Notes: generated by a model from the letters alone, not told the origin. Positions 49,392 through 59,711 are shown, counted from the stretch's first letter. The stretch: DNA of 64,000 nt from Candidatus Obscuribacterales bacterium (GCA_965228855.1 CBDDIJ010000002.1:2400001-2464000); one strand, 5' to 3'. Numbers and translations are program-made.

Positions 49392-51404
49392 CTAGCGAGC
49401 CGATGCGCGTGATTTGAAACGACCTTGCGTGCTTCCCGAGTGACGTCTGCTGTCAGCGGAGGGTCTGCCGAAAGAAGGCGTACCATCTTGGTTTTGACGC
49501 GGACCGCGACCGAATTTGTCGCGACGGTGATCGGCACTCGAGGGCTTGTCACCATAACGCGCCTTTTCGCCGTAGCGTGGTTTCTCGCCGTTTGAAGGCT
49601 TATCGCCGTAACGCGGTTTTTCACCGTAGCGGGGCTTGTCACCGTTTGAAGGTTTCTCACCGTAGCGAGGTTTCTCACCGTAACGCTGCTTATTACCGCT
49701 TGACGGTTTATCTCCGTAACGCGGTTTCTCTCCATACGCAGGCTTGTCACCTTGGCGGGCCTTCTCACCGTAATGCGGCTTATCACCGTTTGACGGTTTA
49801 TCTCCGTAACGAGCCCTCTCTCCGTACGCCGTTTTTTCGCCATACCGAGGCTTGTCGCCGAAGTCGCGTTGGGAACCAGACTCGCGTTTTTCACCATACC
49901 GTGGTTTATCACCATATGAGCGCTTGCCACCGCTATTGGTGCGTTGACCAGAAAGCTGTCTACCACCTTCGTTGTTTTTCGTGCCGAAGGCATTTTGCTC
50001 ATCGTTGTTGAACCGTTTGTTGCTAACACGTACAGCCTCGTCGGCGTAAGCGTATTTAGCAACCCGAACTACTTCTTTGTCATTGTTCGATGTACGGGCT
50101 GAGGTTTCATTTTCTCGTCTTGCTGATTGACGAGCCGTGCTTACGGCAGATTCGCCCACTTGAGCTTCTCCGCCAAATGTCTCGTCTTTTGTCGAGCCTT
50201 CGCTGCTTTCGCCGTGACGACCTGACCGGTTGATCTTTCGTTGTTTTCTCGCTTTGCGTCTCTTGGAGTTCCCTTCGCCGGGCTCTGGTGTAGGCGCGTC
50301 GCCGACCATCTCCATTTTTCGTCCCGTGACTTTCTCGATATCACGCACGAGGTGGCGCTGCTCTCTGCTCACGAACGAAAGCGCGATTCCGGAACGACCA
50401 GCGCGACCAGTTCTACCGATACGGTGTACGAAGTCCGGCGCCGAATCCGGCAAGTCGTAGTTAATTACGTGACTGATTGAAGGAATATCTAACCCTCTTG
50501 CTGCAACATCGGTTGCTACAAGAACGGAGAACTCACCACTTCGATAACGTTTCAATGTTGCGTCGCGCTTGTTTTGCGAAACATCTCCGTGTATTTCCTC
50601 TGCCACCACATCGGATGCCGTCAAAAACTTCCGGACTCTTTTGACTCTGCCGCGAGTTCTTGCAAACACGATTACCGAATCGACTTCCGGTTTGTCTTTT
50701 ATGAGTTCAATGAGGAGATTGTTTTTCTCGTCTTCGGTTACGTGATAAGCACGTTGCTCGATTGCGACCGGCTCTAAACGCTCGGTATTTACGGCGACAC
50801 GAACCGGATCTTTTAGAAAGACGGAAGCAGTTTGCTCGATCTTCTTGTCGATGGTTGCTGAGAACATCAGCGTTTGCTCGCGGCTTTGCAGATATTTGAC
50901 TATCTGCTTGACCTGAGGCATGAAGCCCATATCGAGCATTCTATCTGCTTCGTCGAGTACGAGCGTCTTCACATTCGATAAGTCGACGTTGTTCCGTTTT
51001 ATGTGGTCGAACAGGCGTCCGGGAGTTGCAACTATTACATCGACGCCGCGCTTCAGCAGGCGAGTCTGTTTGTCATAGCCAGTGCCACCGTATATGGTGA
51101 CACTGCGCATGCCGCAACCGTTTGCGAAGCGGTCGAACTCGGTTTGTACCTGAACGGCTAGCTCGCGAGTCGGCACTAAAACCAGCACGCGCGGCAGTCT
51201 TTCCGAATTATTCTTGATGAACTGTAAGATTGGAACAGCGTACGCCGCGGTCTTGCCGGAGCCGGTCTCCGCCGACGCCATCAAGTCGTGGCCCGCGAGA
51301 ACGACAGGGATGGTCTTTTCTTGTATCTCCGTGGGCTCGACAAAGCCGATTTTTTCCAAGGCAACGGTGGCTCGCTTGGACAACCCAAGATCACTAAAAT
51401 TCAT
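49392..51404 (-). CDS. DEAD-box RNA helicase with a long disordered repeat tail
   Basis: Q motif, AETGSGKT, PTRELA, TPGR, DEAD, SAT, HRIGRTGRAG; ATG 51404 with an AAGGA RBS. Confidence 0.95.
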   Translation of the reverse strand: MNFSDLGLSKRATVALEKIGFVEPTEIQEKTIPVVLAGHDLMASAETGSGKTAAYAVPILQFIKNNSERLPRVLVLVPTRELAVQVQTEFDRFANGCGMRSVTIYGGTGYDKQTRLLKRGVDVIVATPGRLFDHIKRNNVDLSNVKTLVLDEADRMLDMGFMPQVKQIVKYLQSREQTLMFSATIDKKIEQTASVFLKDPVRVAVNTERLEPVAIEQRAYHVTEDEKNNLLIELIKDKPEVDSVIVFARTRGRVKRVRKFLTASDVVAEEIHGDVSQNKRDATLKRYRSGEFSVLVATDVAARGLDIPSISHVINYDLPDSAPDFVHRIGRTGRAGRSGIALSFVSREQRHLVRDIEKVTGRKMEMVGDAPTPEPGEGNSKRRKARKQRKINRSGRHGESSEGSTKDETFGGEAQVGESAVSTARQSARRENETSARTSNNDKEVVRVAKYAYADEAVRVSNKRFNNDEQNAFGTKNNEGGRQLSGQRTNSGGKRSYGDKPRYGEKRESGSQRDFGDKPRYGEKTAYGERARYGDKPSNGDKPHYGEKARQGDKPAYGEKPRYGDKPSSGNKQRYGEKPRYGEKPSNGDKPRYGEKPRYGDKPSNGEKPRYGEKARYGDKPSSADHRRDKFGRGPRQNQDGTPSFGRPSADSRRHSGSTQGRFKSRASAR
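49539..49916 (-). repeat. 21 tandem 18-bp coding repeats, consensus YG(D/E)KP(R/S)
   Basis: Counted from the translation: YGDKPR, YGEKRE ... YGEKAR, YGDKPS. Confidence 0.9.
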
Positions 51405-51648
51405 TGTTGATTCCTTTGTGTGCGTCTGCTGGTGCGCTTTGACTGTCAGTTCCAAGTCCAAAAATTGACCAGCCTGACTCAGACTTGCCGCTAGTATGGC
51501 ATACCGGCTCATGACATGTTGGCGATTGTGAAGTTATGCGCGTGAGAAGATGGTCAGGAGTGACTTTAGCGAGTCTCTGCGCCAGTCTTGGAGAAGACAA
51601 GAAGCCGCTTTACTTCGCCCGAGATGCCGCGTGAAACCGCCATCGCCA

Positions 51649-51966
51649 TCAAAGTTGCTTCAGCGTTTCCTGAACATCTATAAGATGATTGTTGAAAATC
51701 TCTTTGGCGACGTCGAGAAGCCTGAAAACAGTGGGGTCTATGCAGGAATAGTAAATGTTGTTGCCTTGTTTGCGGGCGGCAACAAGGTTTTTGCTTTTCA
51801 GCACGGCGAGCTGTTGGGAGACGTTTGGCATCTCGACCTCGAGACGCTCGGTGATTTCCGAAACCGTTAACTCCTGTTCTCGCAACTGATCGAGAATTCT
51901 GATTCTCAGCGGGTTTGCGAGTGCTTTGAAGAACTCGGCTTTGAATTTTGCTAGTTTCTCTGCCAT
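51649..51966 (-). CDS. ArsR family regulator (Rv0081-like), divergent from the Ehr operon
   Basis: KFKAEFFKALANPLRIRIL, NVSQQLAVLK, VAARKQGN. Confidence 0.9.
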   Translation of the reverse strand: MAEKLAKFKAEFFKALANPLRIRILDQLREQELTVSEITERLEVEMPNVSQQLAVLKSKNLVAARKQGNNIYYSCIDPTVFRLLDVAKEIFNNHLIDVQETLKQL

Positions 51967-52143
51967 TTGTCTTTGACTGAACGGTGTTTCCTACGAACCT
52001 CATTCTACATGCTTTGTACTGGCTGAAAGGAAGTTGTGATCAACTTGTGTTTGCCTAAAGTGCCTATCTTGAACGATTTCCGGCGCTTTGCTATGTTCGG
52101 CTCAAGTTTGGTGTTTGAACCCGCTGACATCCGTGATAAGCTG

Positions 52144-52161
52144 ATTGCATAGTTTCGCAAT
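52144..52161. promoter_or_regulatory. Palindromic operator candidate ATTGC-N8-GCAAT upstream of the Ehr operon
   Basis: ATTGCATAGTTTCGCAAT; near-copy at 59694-59711. Confidence 0.65.
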
Positions 52162-52194
52162 TGCGTAATTAGCTTAAATTAAAACCGGCTTCCA

Positions 52195-54177
52195 ATGAAT
52201 CCCTCCCTGATCTCTTTTCTTTGTTTGACAACCGCCCTAATGGCATTGCCAACATTGTTCTTCAGGAAGGCGAATAGCCTCGCTCTCTCCCTTCTAACGT
52301 TGATGTTCTCGCTTTTGCTCAGCGCTCTGGTAGTTGCTACAGCCATCGATGCGCACTGGACCGCCCCTGCGTGGCTGTCGGTCGGCTCTTTTCCGATGAC
52401 GTTCCAGCTCGATAACTTGTCGGTTGCCTTCATCTTACTACTCACGGTCCTGGCTTCAGCTGTGGCTCTTTTCTCGCCTGGATATTTGAAACACTTTGAC
52501 GAAACCGTTAACCGCGGCTTGTACTGGGCTTCTTTCCTTGTCTTCATATCTTCGATGGCGCTCGTGGTGTTGAGTGCCGATGCCGTGACTTTCCTGGTCT
52601 TCTGGGAACTGATGTCGATATCTTCCGGCGCTCTGGTCGCCACTAATCATCAGAACCACAGCGTCCAAAAAGCATCGCTTATATATCTGGGAGCCACCAG
52701 GGTCGCGACCGGATTTCTAGCGGGTGGTTTTCTATGGATGCATTCGCTCACGAACAGTTGGGCTTTTCAAGATTGGCACTTCATCACAAATGCGAGCGCC
52801 CAACTTGGTGCCTCAACAAGTGGTGCACATTTTGCCGCTTTTCTGATTTTTATCGGATTCGCCATCAAAGCTGGCATCTGGCCCTTCCATTTATGGTTGC
52901 CCTACGCATACCCGGCTGCCCCATGCACGGTGTCATCTCTCATGAGTGGGGTGAGCAAAATTGCGCTGTATGGAATTATCCGTATTCTTGTTCTTGGCGA
53001 TCTCGATTCCCCGATTCTAGGTTACCTGGCTATTTTTCTAGGAGCAATCTCGGCGTTTTGGGGGGTCTTGTTCGCACTCATTCAAACTGACTTGAAGAAA
53101 ACTCTGGCGTACTCGAGTGTCGAAAATGTAGGACTTATCCTGCTTGCGATCGGTGTTTGTCTGGTCGCAAAGACGAACGGTTTATTGTCGGTAGCTGCGA
53201 TTGCGCTATCCGCTGGTTTGTTTCATGCCATCGGACATGGCGTGTTCAAAGCTTTGATGTTCTTAAGTGTTGGCACCGTGCAATGTGCGACGCGTACATC
53301 GCGCATAGGAAACCTCGGCGGTCTATTGAAAAAACTGCCTACAACCTCCACTTGCTTCTTAGTAGGTGCTATGGCCATTTGTGCGTTGCCGCCGCTAAAC
53401 GGTTTTATGGGCAAATGGATGCTGTATCAGTCTTTGATGCAGAATACTTGGCTCTCGGGTTCTCCGGTGGGAGCCGGCGTCTCCCTGAGCGTCATTTGCG
53501 TGTTAGCTCTTGTCGGGGGTCTGTCTATCGCCTGCTTTGCAAATGCATTTTCTGTCTCATTCCTGGGTGAACCGCGCTCCTCATCCGCTGCGCATGCCAT
53601 CGAGGGAGATATCGGAAGCAGTTGCGCTCAGGTCTTTCTTGCCGCTCTGTGTCTAGCGCTCGGCTTGTTCGCTGCACCGGTCATAGGATTTCTGAAACCG
53701 ATATGTGATGCTGCCTTGCATGCGGACACCACCGTCGCAGCGACGATTCACTTCTCTCTTTCCTCGGTACTCATCGTGTTTACTTCGCTTTTCGCTTTGA
53801 TATATCTTCTAATTTTGAAACCTTCCAAGGTGCGGCGCGGGATTATCTGGGAGTGTGGTTTCGGAAGTGTTTCTGCCAGGGCTCAGGTGACTGCGGACTC
53901 ATTCGCGCAGCCGATTGCACGCATCTTCAATAAACTGCTGAGCTATAGCGTTACCTGCGAAATCGAAGGCAGCGACAGGCGCCACTTCCCGGAGCGAATA
54001 ACCGTCGCACCGCATACGGCATCACATATCGAACGCCGAATTTACCAGCCTTTTCTAAAACTTATTTCGTTCATCGCACGCTCGCTAGCCAGGTTGCAGT
54101 CCGGCAGTATTCATCTTTATCTCGTATACCTGTGCGTGACGCTAATTGCGCTCTTAATTGTCGGAAGGAGTTTCTAA
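52195..54177 (+). CDS. hyfB: Proton-translocating antiporter-like subunit (HyfB/NuoL-like)
   Basis: FLVFWELMS, IKAGIWPFHLWLP, LAYSSVENVG, LPPLNGF, WECGF, LQSGSIHLYL. Confidence 0.88.
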   Translation: MNPSLISFLCLTTALMALPTLFFRKANSLALSLLTLMFSLLLSALVVATAIDAHWTAPAWLSVGSFPMTFQLDNLSVAFILLLTVLASAVALFSPGYLKHFDETVNRGLYWASFLVFISSMALVVLSADAVTFLVFWELMSISSGALVATNHQNHSVQKASLIYLGATRVATGFLAGGFLWMHSLTNSWAFQDWHFITNASAQLGASTSGAHFAAFLIFIGFAIKAGIWPFHLWLPYAYPAAPCTVSSLMSGVSKIALYGIIRILVLGDLDSPILGYLAIFLGAISAFWGVLFALIQTDLKKTLAYSSVENVGLILLAIGVCLVAKTNGLLSVAAIALSAGLFHAIGHGVFKALMFLSVGTVQCATRTSRIGNLGGLLKKLPTTSTCFLVGAMAICALPPLNGFMGKWMLYQSLMQNTWLSGSPVGAGVSLSVICVLALVGGLSIACFANAFSVSFLGEPRSSSAAHAIEGDIGSSCAQVFLAALCLALGLFAAPVIGFLKPICDAALHADTTVAATIHFSLSSVLIVFTSLFALIYLLILKPSKVRRGIIWECGFGSVSARAQVTADSFAQPIARIFNKLLSYSVTCEIEGSDRRHFPERITVAPHTASHIERRIYQPFLKLISFIARSLARLQSGSIHLYLVYLCVTLIALLIVGRSF

Positions 54178-54179
54178 CG

Positions 54180-55148
54180 ATGTGGCAATCAATGTCGACT
54201 GAGACATTTTTGTTTGAAACCGCACGATGGATCCTATTTGCCGTAATCACTTTTGTTATGCCGATCTTGACGATCGGCGTTGTTAGGAAAACCCGAGCTC
54301 GAATGCAAGGGCGAATGGGCGCGCCCCTTTTGCAGGCGCTTTTCGACCTTCGCAAGTTGATGCAGAAAAGTGAAGCGGTAAGTTCCACGGCAACGTGGAT
54401 ATTCCGCTCCGGCGCAGGTATTGAACTGGCAAATATGCTTTTACTTTCCACTCTGGTTCCCTGGATCGCGAATAAGCCGGATGGTGTGAGCAGTGATTTG
54501 TTTCTCATCGTTTATCTCTTTGCGCTCAGCCGATTGTTTGCAATCCTTGCAGCGCTAGACTCCGGGTCACCCTTCGGTGCCTTCGGAAGTAGCCGGGATG
54601 CGACGCTAGCCATGCTTGTTGAACCCGCTTCACTTCTCGCTCTTGCATCCCTCGCAGTCGTCGCCAGGTCAACCGAGATGAATGTGATTTTCTCATTGAC
54701 AAACGTTTTACTTGAGCACGATCCGGGTCTGTGGTTTCTCGCCGGCACCGCAATTGTGATGGCTAGTCTGGTTGAGCTATCGCGCATGCCGGTTGACGAT
54801 CCTGCAACTCACCTGGAGTTGACGATGATTCACGAGGCGATGCTCCTTGAGAGTTCAGGTCGAAATCTGGCCCTTCGTGAGTTCACCAGAGCGCTCAAGA
54901 TGACCGTGTTGTTCGGACTTTCAGCTCAATGTTATCTGCGCGCCTGGGATGATTTCTGGCATTTTCCAGTTGTGGCCCAGGTCTGGCTCAGTATTGGTGG
55001 CATTCTCGGACTCGCTCTGGTAGTGGGCGTGTTCGAGAGTGTCTCGGTGAAGCTTCAGTGGCGCAAAGCGCCTGAATTCATATCTTACTGCATGACGCTC
55101 AGCTTGCTAGCTGCAATGGTGGCGGTGGCTCGGGGGGTTGTACATTGA
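54180..55148 (+). CDS. hyfC: NuoH-like membrane subunit (HyfC/HycD)
   Basis: RARMQGRMGAPLLQ, LDSGSPFGAFGSSR, RMPVDDPATHLELTMIHEAMLLESSG. Confidence 0.88.
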   Translation: MWQSMSTETFLFETARWILFAVITFVMPILTIGVVRKTRARMQGRMGAPLLQALFDLRKLMQKSEAVSSTATWIFRSGAGIELANMLLLSTLVPWIANKPDGVSSDLFLIVYLFALSRLFAILAALDSGSPFGAFGSSRDATLAMLVEPASLLALASLAVVARSTEMNVIFSLTNVLLEHDPGLWFLAGTAIVMASLVELSRMPVDDPATHLELTMIHEAMLLESSGRNLALREFTRALKMTVLFGLSAQCYLRAWDDFWHFPVVAQVWLSIGGILGLALVVGVFESVSVKLQWRKAPEFISYCMTLSLLAAMVAVARGVVH

Positions 55149-55795
55149 GTTTCACGCCTGCTGAATGGAGTTTGATTGCGTCGGCGACTGTCGCGATTTT
55201 GATGGTCGGCTCGTTGCACGTGCGAGTAAATCTTTTCGGCTATTGTGTCCTAACCGTGCTGATTTCGCTTGCTACCATGTTCTCAGCCATCGATCACCAT
55301 GAAACCTCCATGTTTTACCTTGCTGGCGCGATAGCTGTTTTAAAAGGAATATCAATTCCGTTGTTCTTGTACTGGATCATCGGTAAGTTAAAGCTCGGTA
55401 GCGACAGTGGTGCTGTTCTTTCTGCACCACTGGCGATGCATTTGAACATCGGTCTCACTATCATGAGTTATTTCCTTGTCTCGGAACTTCCTGTTCCTTT
55501 AGGTGAGTTGCGAACATGGGTCGGCGCTATGTCGGCTATTTCCATGGTTTTGACGGGAATCGTGTTAATGCTGATTCGGCGATTGGCAATCAGTCAGATC
55601 ATTGGATTTCTCGTGTTGGAAAACGGAATTTATATCTTTGCTCTTACCCAAACACGCGGAATGCCGCTAATCATAGAAATGGGGGTGGTGCTTGATGTGC
55701 TGGTCGGGGTAATGATTGCAGGTCTGTTGATGTTTAGAATTCAGAGCAGTTTTGAGCACATAGACGTGTCGAAGCTAACTGATTTGAGAGATTAA
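55145..55795 (+). CDS. hyfE: HyfE-like membrane subunit
   Basis: KGISIP, SQIIGFLVLENGI, MPLIIEMGVVLDV. Confidence 0.85.
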   Translation: MSFTPAEWSLIASATVAILMVGSLHVRVNLFGYCVLTVLISLATMFSAIDHHETSMFYLAGAIAVLKGISIPLFLYWIIGKLKLGSDSGAVLSAPLAMHLNIGLTIMSYFLVSELPVPLGELRTWVGAMSAISMVLTGIVLMLIRRLAISQIIGFLVLENGIYIFALTQTRGMPLIIEMGVVLDVLVGVMIAGLLMFRIQSSFEHIDVSKLTDLRD

Positions 55796-55796
55796 A

Positions 55797-57230
55797 ATGG
55801 AAACCATCGGCTTCATCAGTTTAACTCCATGCTTGATCGTACTGACGGTGTTGTTGGTGCGGCACAAACCGTTTGTTCGATTTGTCTTGCCTATCTTATT
55901 TTGGATACAGCTAGCGGCCGTGGTTTACGTTGTGGCGCCGCTGTTTCAGCGAAATGCTGTTTCACTCGCTCTGACTCCCGATTTCAAAATTGACTCTCTT
56001 GGCTCTCTATTCATGACCTTGACTGCGTTCGTCACTGCTTGCGCGATGTCCCATGCAAGAGTATTTTTTGAAGTGGAAGACGCGCGTGCTGGAGAGTCCT
56101 ATCAGTTCGAGCATGAGCGCATCTTTTACGCATGTGCGGCGCTGTTTTTGCTCGCTATGAATTTCGTGTTCATCTCCGATAATCTCGGATTTCTCTGGAT
56201 CAGTATAGAAGCGACCACGCTCTCGTCGGCTGCCTTGATCTATTACGGACGAACAAAACATACGCTGGAAGCGACGTGGAAGTATCTCGTCGTTTGTTCC
56301 GTCGGAATCGCATTTGCATTGTTCGGCACTATTCTTCTCTTCGCTTCCAGCCAGCATGGTGCTATCGAGCACGGGTCACTGAATTTGAGCGAACTGATGG
56401 CGCATGCTGATGCTCTGGAGTTTCGACTCCTCCGGCTTGGATATATTTTCTGTCTGGTCGGTTATGGTACCAAAGCTGGTATCTTTCCGCTTCATAGCTG
56501 GTTGCCTGATGCGCATTCGGAAGCACCGGCTCCGGCGTCAGCGATTCTTTCCGGCGCGCTTCTCAACTGTGCCCTCTTCGCAATCTGGCGTTTGTCGCAA
56601 CTTGTCAGCGCCGCACATCATGAGGCTCTCGCAACCAATTTGCCTTTGGCGCTTGGAACCGTCACCGCACTGGCAGCAAGTTTCTTCCTTATCCACCAAC
56701 ACGGTATTAAGCGATTGTGGGCCTACTCGAGTATTGAGAATGTCGGCATAATGCTGGTTGCAATTGGTTTGAGCAGCGGACCTCTATTTTTCTTGCAGGC
56801 GCTCAACCACAGTATTGCCAAAGTTGCTCTGTTTCTTTTAGCCGGAAACATCATCCAATCTGCGGGAACCAAAAATCTTGCAGACATCCGGGGATTGCTC
56901 CAATCTGCGCCATCGTGGGCGGTGCTCTTTGCTATCGCTGCTTTTGCCGTGACGGGTGCTCCCCCGAGTGGCGCCTTCCTCAGTGAACTGCTTATACTCC
57001 TTCAAGCGATGGAGCAGAAACAGTTTATCGTTGTAGTCTCACTAATCGTCGCTTTGACCATCAGTTTCATTGCTGTATCCGTTCACGTTTGCAGGATTCT
57101 CTTTGGTTCGGAAAAACCAAATTTTGCAAAGCTTAAACCGTTTTCTACCAGTATCGTTCCTGCTCTGCTTGTCGCCCTTTCGCTACTATGCGGTGTGACT
57201 GCTCTTCCTATATTATTGTCTAAGCCATGA
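55797..57230 (+). CDS. hyfF: Antiporter-like subunit (HyfF)
   Basis: WISIEATTL, LEATWKYLVVCSVGIAFALFG, GYGTKAGIFPLHSWLPDAHSEAPAP. Confidence 0.9.
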   Translation: METIGFISLTPCLIVLTVLLVRHKPFVRFVLPILFWIQLAAVVYVVAPLFQRNAVSLALTPDFKIDSLGSLFMTLTAFVTACAMSHARVFFEVEDARAGESYQFEHERIFYACAALFLLAMNFVFISDNLGFLWISIEATTLSSAALIYYGRTKHTLEATWKYLVVCSVGIAFALFGTILLFASSQHGAIEHGSLNLSELMAHADALEFRLLRLGYIFCLVGYGTKAGIFPLHSWLPDAHSEAPAPASAILSGALLNCALFAIWRLSQLVSAAHHEALATNLPLALGTVTALAASFFLIHQHGIKRLWAYSSIENVGIMLVAIGLSSGPLFFLQALNHSIAKVALFLLAGNIIQSAGTKNLADIRGLLQSAPSWAVLFAIAAFAVTGAPPSGAFLSELLILLQAMEQKQFIVVVSLIVALTISFIAVSVHVCRILFGSEKPNFAKLKPFSTSIVPALLVALSLLCGVTALPILLSKP

Positions 57231-58744
57231 TTGAAAACGCACACATCGTTAGAATCAACGTCGATGCTCAAGAGCGGATGACCCGTTTGAAAACCATGCT
57301 GCACGTGCCTGGAAATCGTCTTGGATTGATAACTTCGATTGATGGCTCCCAGCTTGTGACGCTGCTTCTCGATACTAACACCGGTCGAAGCACAGTGTGG
57401 GAGACTCCTTTGTCGTCCGACGTCTATCCTTCTCTTACTATGATGATTCCGCAGTGCCACTGGTTTGAGCGGTCCACTTGGGACATGTTCGGTTTGAAAC
57501 CGAATGGCCATCCTCGTTTGAAACACAACCTCCTGCATGAACCTTACGAGGCATCGCTCTTTCCGCTGAAGACAGACCATGAGGTTGAGTCTCATGATAC
57601 GGACCGTTTCTACAAGTGTCTGGAAGTCCGCGGGCAGGGTGTTTACGAAATTCCGGTCGGTCCTATCCATGCCGGGATCATAGAGCCAGGTCACTTCAGA
57701 TTCAGTTGTCTGGGAGAAGTGATTCTGAACCTCGAGATTCGACTCGGATATGTTCACCGCGGTGTTGAAAAACGAATTGTCGAGGTACCGCTCAGTCGAA
57801 TGCGATTCGTCGCTGAATCGACTGCTGGGGACATGATCGCGGCTAATGCCCTTGCTCACGCTGTTGCGGTGGAATCTTGTTTGCAGATCGAAGAGTCTCC
57901 ACGTGCCCGTGCTTTCAGAACAATTTCTCTGGAACTGGAGCGCATCGCCATGCACGTGAGCGACCTGGGGGGGCTTGCCGGTGATATCGGATTTGCAGCT
58001 ATTAGCAGTTCGATGGCGATCCTTCGCGGTGATGTTCTCGGATGCGCCGAACTCCTCACTGGCACCAGATTTCAGAAAGGCTTTATTGCTCCTGGTGGTA
58101 TATCACGTGAGCCTTCGGACAAAAATGTGTCCCAGCTACGCACGAATTTGAAAAAGATTCAACTGAAGTTAAAACCGATTTTAGACTTTCTGTTTTCGAA
58201 TCAAGTCGCTTGCGATCGAATGACCAACGTTGGCATTTTGACTCCAAAACTAGCAGCAGACTTCGGCGTAGTCGGTGTGGCCGGCCGCGCCAGTGGTATT
58301 GCCTATGATGCTCGGAAGTCATTTGTCCATGGCTGTTTTCCCCGACAAAATATGGTGCTTCCGGTTCAGCAGGCTGGAGATGTTTTAAGTCGCGCCAAAG
58401 TTCGCGCTGAAGAATTGCGAAGTAGTCTTGAAATAGTCTATGAAATTTTGGACACCTTGCCTGGTGGCGGAGCTACTTCTGGTGCCGATCACGATCTTCG
58501 CTCTCAGAAACGGTTTAAATTTAGGACAAATGATTGCGGAATAGGAATTGTCGAGTCTTTTCGCGGCGAACTGATTCATCTGTTCTTCACCGACGGCGAG
58601 GGCAAGATTATTCGATATGCGATAAAAGATCCCAGTGTGAACAATTGGACCGCGTTAGCTATCGCTGTGAGAAACAATTTGTTGTCCGACTTTCCTCTAT
58701 GCAACAAGAGTTTTGGTCTGTCATACAGCGGTCATGATTTGTGA
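57227..58744 (+). CDS. Hydrogenase-related large subunit (HyfG/NuoCD-like) lacking NiFe ligands (Ehr type)
   Basis: PVGPIHAGIIEPGHFRF, LGYVHRGVEK; L1 site reads ESTAGD, C-terminus DFPLCNKSFGLSYSGHDL, so neither CxxC is present. Confidence 0.9.
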   Translation: MIENAHIVRINVDAQERMTRLKTMLHVPGNRLGLITSIDGSQLVTLLLDTNTGRSTVWETPLSSDVYPSLTMMIPQCHWFERSTWDMFGLKPNGHPRLKHNLLHEPYEASLFPLKTDHEVESHDTDRFYKCLEVRGQGVYEIPVGPIHAGIIEPGHFRFSCLGEVILNLEIRLGYVHRGVEKRIVEVPLSRMRFVAESTAGDMIAANALAHAVAVESCLQIEESPRARAFRTISLELERIAMHVSDLGGLAGDIGFAAISSSMAILRGDVLGCAELLTGTRFQKGFIAPGGISREPSDKNVSQLRTNLKKIQLKLKPILDFLFSNQVACDRMTNVGILTPKLAADFGVVGVAGRASGIAYDARKSFVHGCFPRQNMVLPVQQAGDVLSRAKVRAEELRSSLEIVYEILDTLPGGGATSGADHDLRSQKRFKFRTNDCGIGIVESFRGELIHLFFTDGEGKIIRYAIKDPSVNNWTALAIAVRNNLLSDFPLCNKSFGLSYSGHDL

Positions 58745-58752
58745 GGTCGTAG

Positions 58753-59670
58753 ATGATTAGGCTCCTGAATTATCTGGTCACGAGGAAAATCGCCACGTCC
58801 AAAGCGCTTTTCGCACCGCTTGGTGATGGAGTGCGCGGCTTGCCCATGCTTACGGGCGAGTCGATTTCTGAAGCTGAGGCAGTCGAGTTAGCGGAAGGTT
58901 GTCCGACTGGCGCGATTCGTGTGCTTGAGAAGGAGGATGGTCGCCAAGTACTGGAGTTGGATCGTGGAGCCTGCACAACATGCGGTTTTTGCCTGGATGT
59001 TTGTCCAACTGCTGCGATAAAAAGCGATCCGAGCACCATGATTGCAACTCGCAAACGCGATCAACTTTTTTCGAGCGTGGCTTTGATTGATACTTCCCTA
59101 GATACTGCATCCGGTGTCGCTGGTGATACTGCTGGCAAGACTGCATATGGTGTCAAAGCCGATACTGCAGGCGGTGTACATGAGTTTTTGGAAGCCACCG
59201 ACAGCTTGCCACAAGACGCCATTGCGTCGGATCTCGCTCGGGAAAAATTGATTTCGAAAATTTTCGGGCGTTCAATTGCAATCAGAGTGGTTTCAACCGG
59301 ATGCACTTCCTGTGACCTCGAGATTGGAGCCGCAGGCAATCCAATCTTCGACATGGAGCGATTCGGAATGCATGTCGTAGCGTCCCCGCGTTTCGCCGAT
59401 GTGTTATTGGTTACCGGACCTGTACCGAAAGCGATGCACGATCCATTGAGGCTTTGCTATGAGGCGATGTCGGAACCTCGGCTTGTTGTCGCAGTTGGAA
59501 GCTGTGCGATTTCAGGAGGTGTTCACAAAGACAGTTACGCGCAAGCTAATGGGGTCGGGGCAGTATTACCGGTCGACGTTTTCATTCCGGGGTGTCCTCC
59601 CCATCCGTGGAGCATAATCGACGGCATAGCCATGGCTATGGGCCGAAAGCGGCAAGGGCGCCCAAACTAA
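58753..59670 (+). CDS. Fused ferredoxin (HyfH-like) and NuoB/HyfI-like small subunit
   Basis: GCPTGAI, CTTCGFCLDVCP, STGCTSC, ASPRFADVLLVTGP, GSCA, PGCPP. Confidence 0.88.
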   Translation: MIRLLNYLVTRKIATSKALFAPLGDGVRGLPMLTGESISEAEAVELAEGCPTGAIRVLEKEDGRQVLELDRGACTTCGFCLDVCPTAAIKSDPSTMIATRKRDQLFSSVALIDTSLDTASGVAGDTAGKTAYGVKADTAGGVHEFLEATDSLPQDAIASDLAREKLISKIFGRSIAIRVVSTGCTSCDLEIGAAGNPIFDMERFGMHVVASPRFADVLLVTGPVPKAMHDPLRLCYEAMSEPRLVVAVGSCAISGGVHKDSYAQANGVGAVLPVDVFIPGCPPHPWSIIDGIAMAMGRKRQGRPN

Positions 59671-59693
59671 GCTTTGATTGTTAAAACCCCGTA

Positions 59694-59711
59694 ATTGCAT
59701 AATTGCGCAAG
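59694..59711. promoter_or_regulatory. Second copy of the operator candidate, upstream of the carbonic-anhydrase-like gene
   Basis: ATTGCATAATTGCGCAAG, 15/18 identical to 52144-52161. Confidence 0.6.

Noticed and set aside
49539..49916. CRISPR-like repeat array
   Set aside because: Contiguous 18-bp in-frame coding repeats without unique spacers; no cas genes
49340..50062. 240-aa alternative-frame ORF over the helicase tail
   Set aside because: Stop-free frame produced by the tandem repeat; no RBS or family features
57083..57955. 290-aa antisense ORF within the Ehr operon
   Set aside because: Fully overlaps well-supported plus-strand genes and has no recognisable motifs
52195..59670. Functional hydrogenase-4 / formate hydrogenlyase
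   Set aside because: Large subunit lacks both Ni-binding CxxC motifs and a cleavable C-terminus; no hyp or fdh genes in the window
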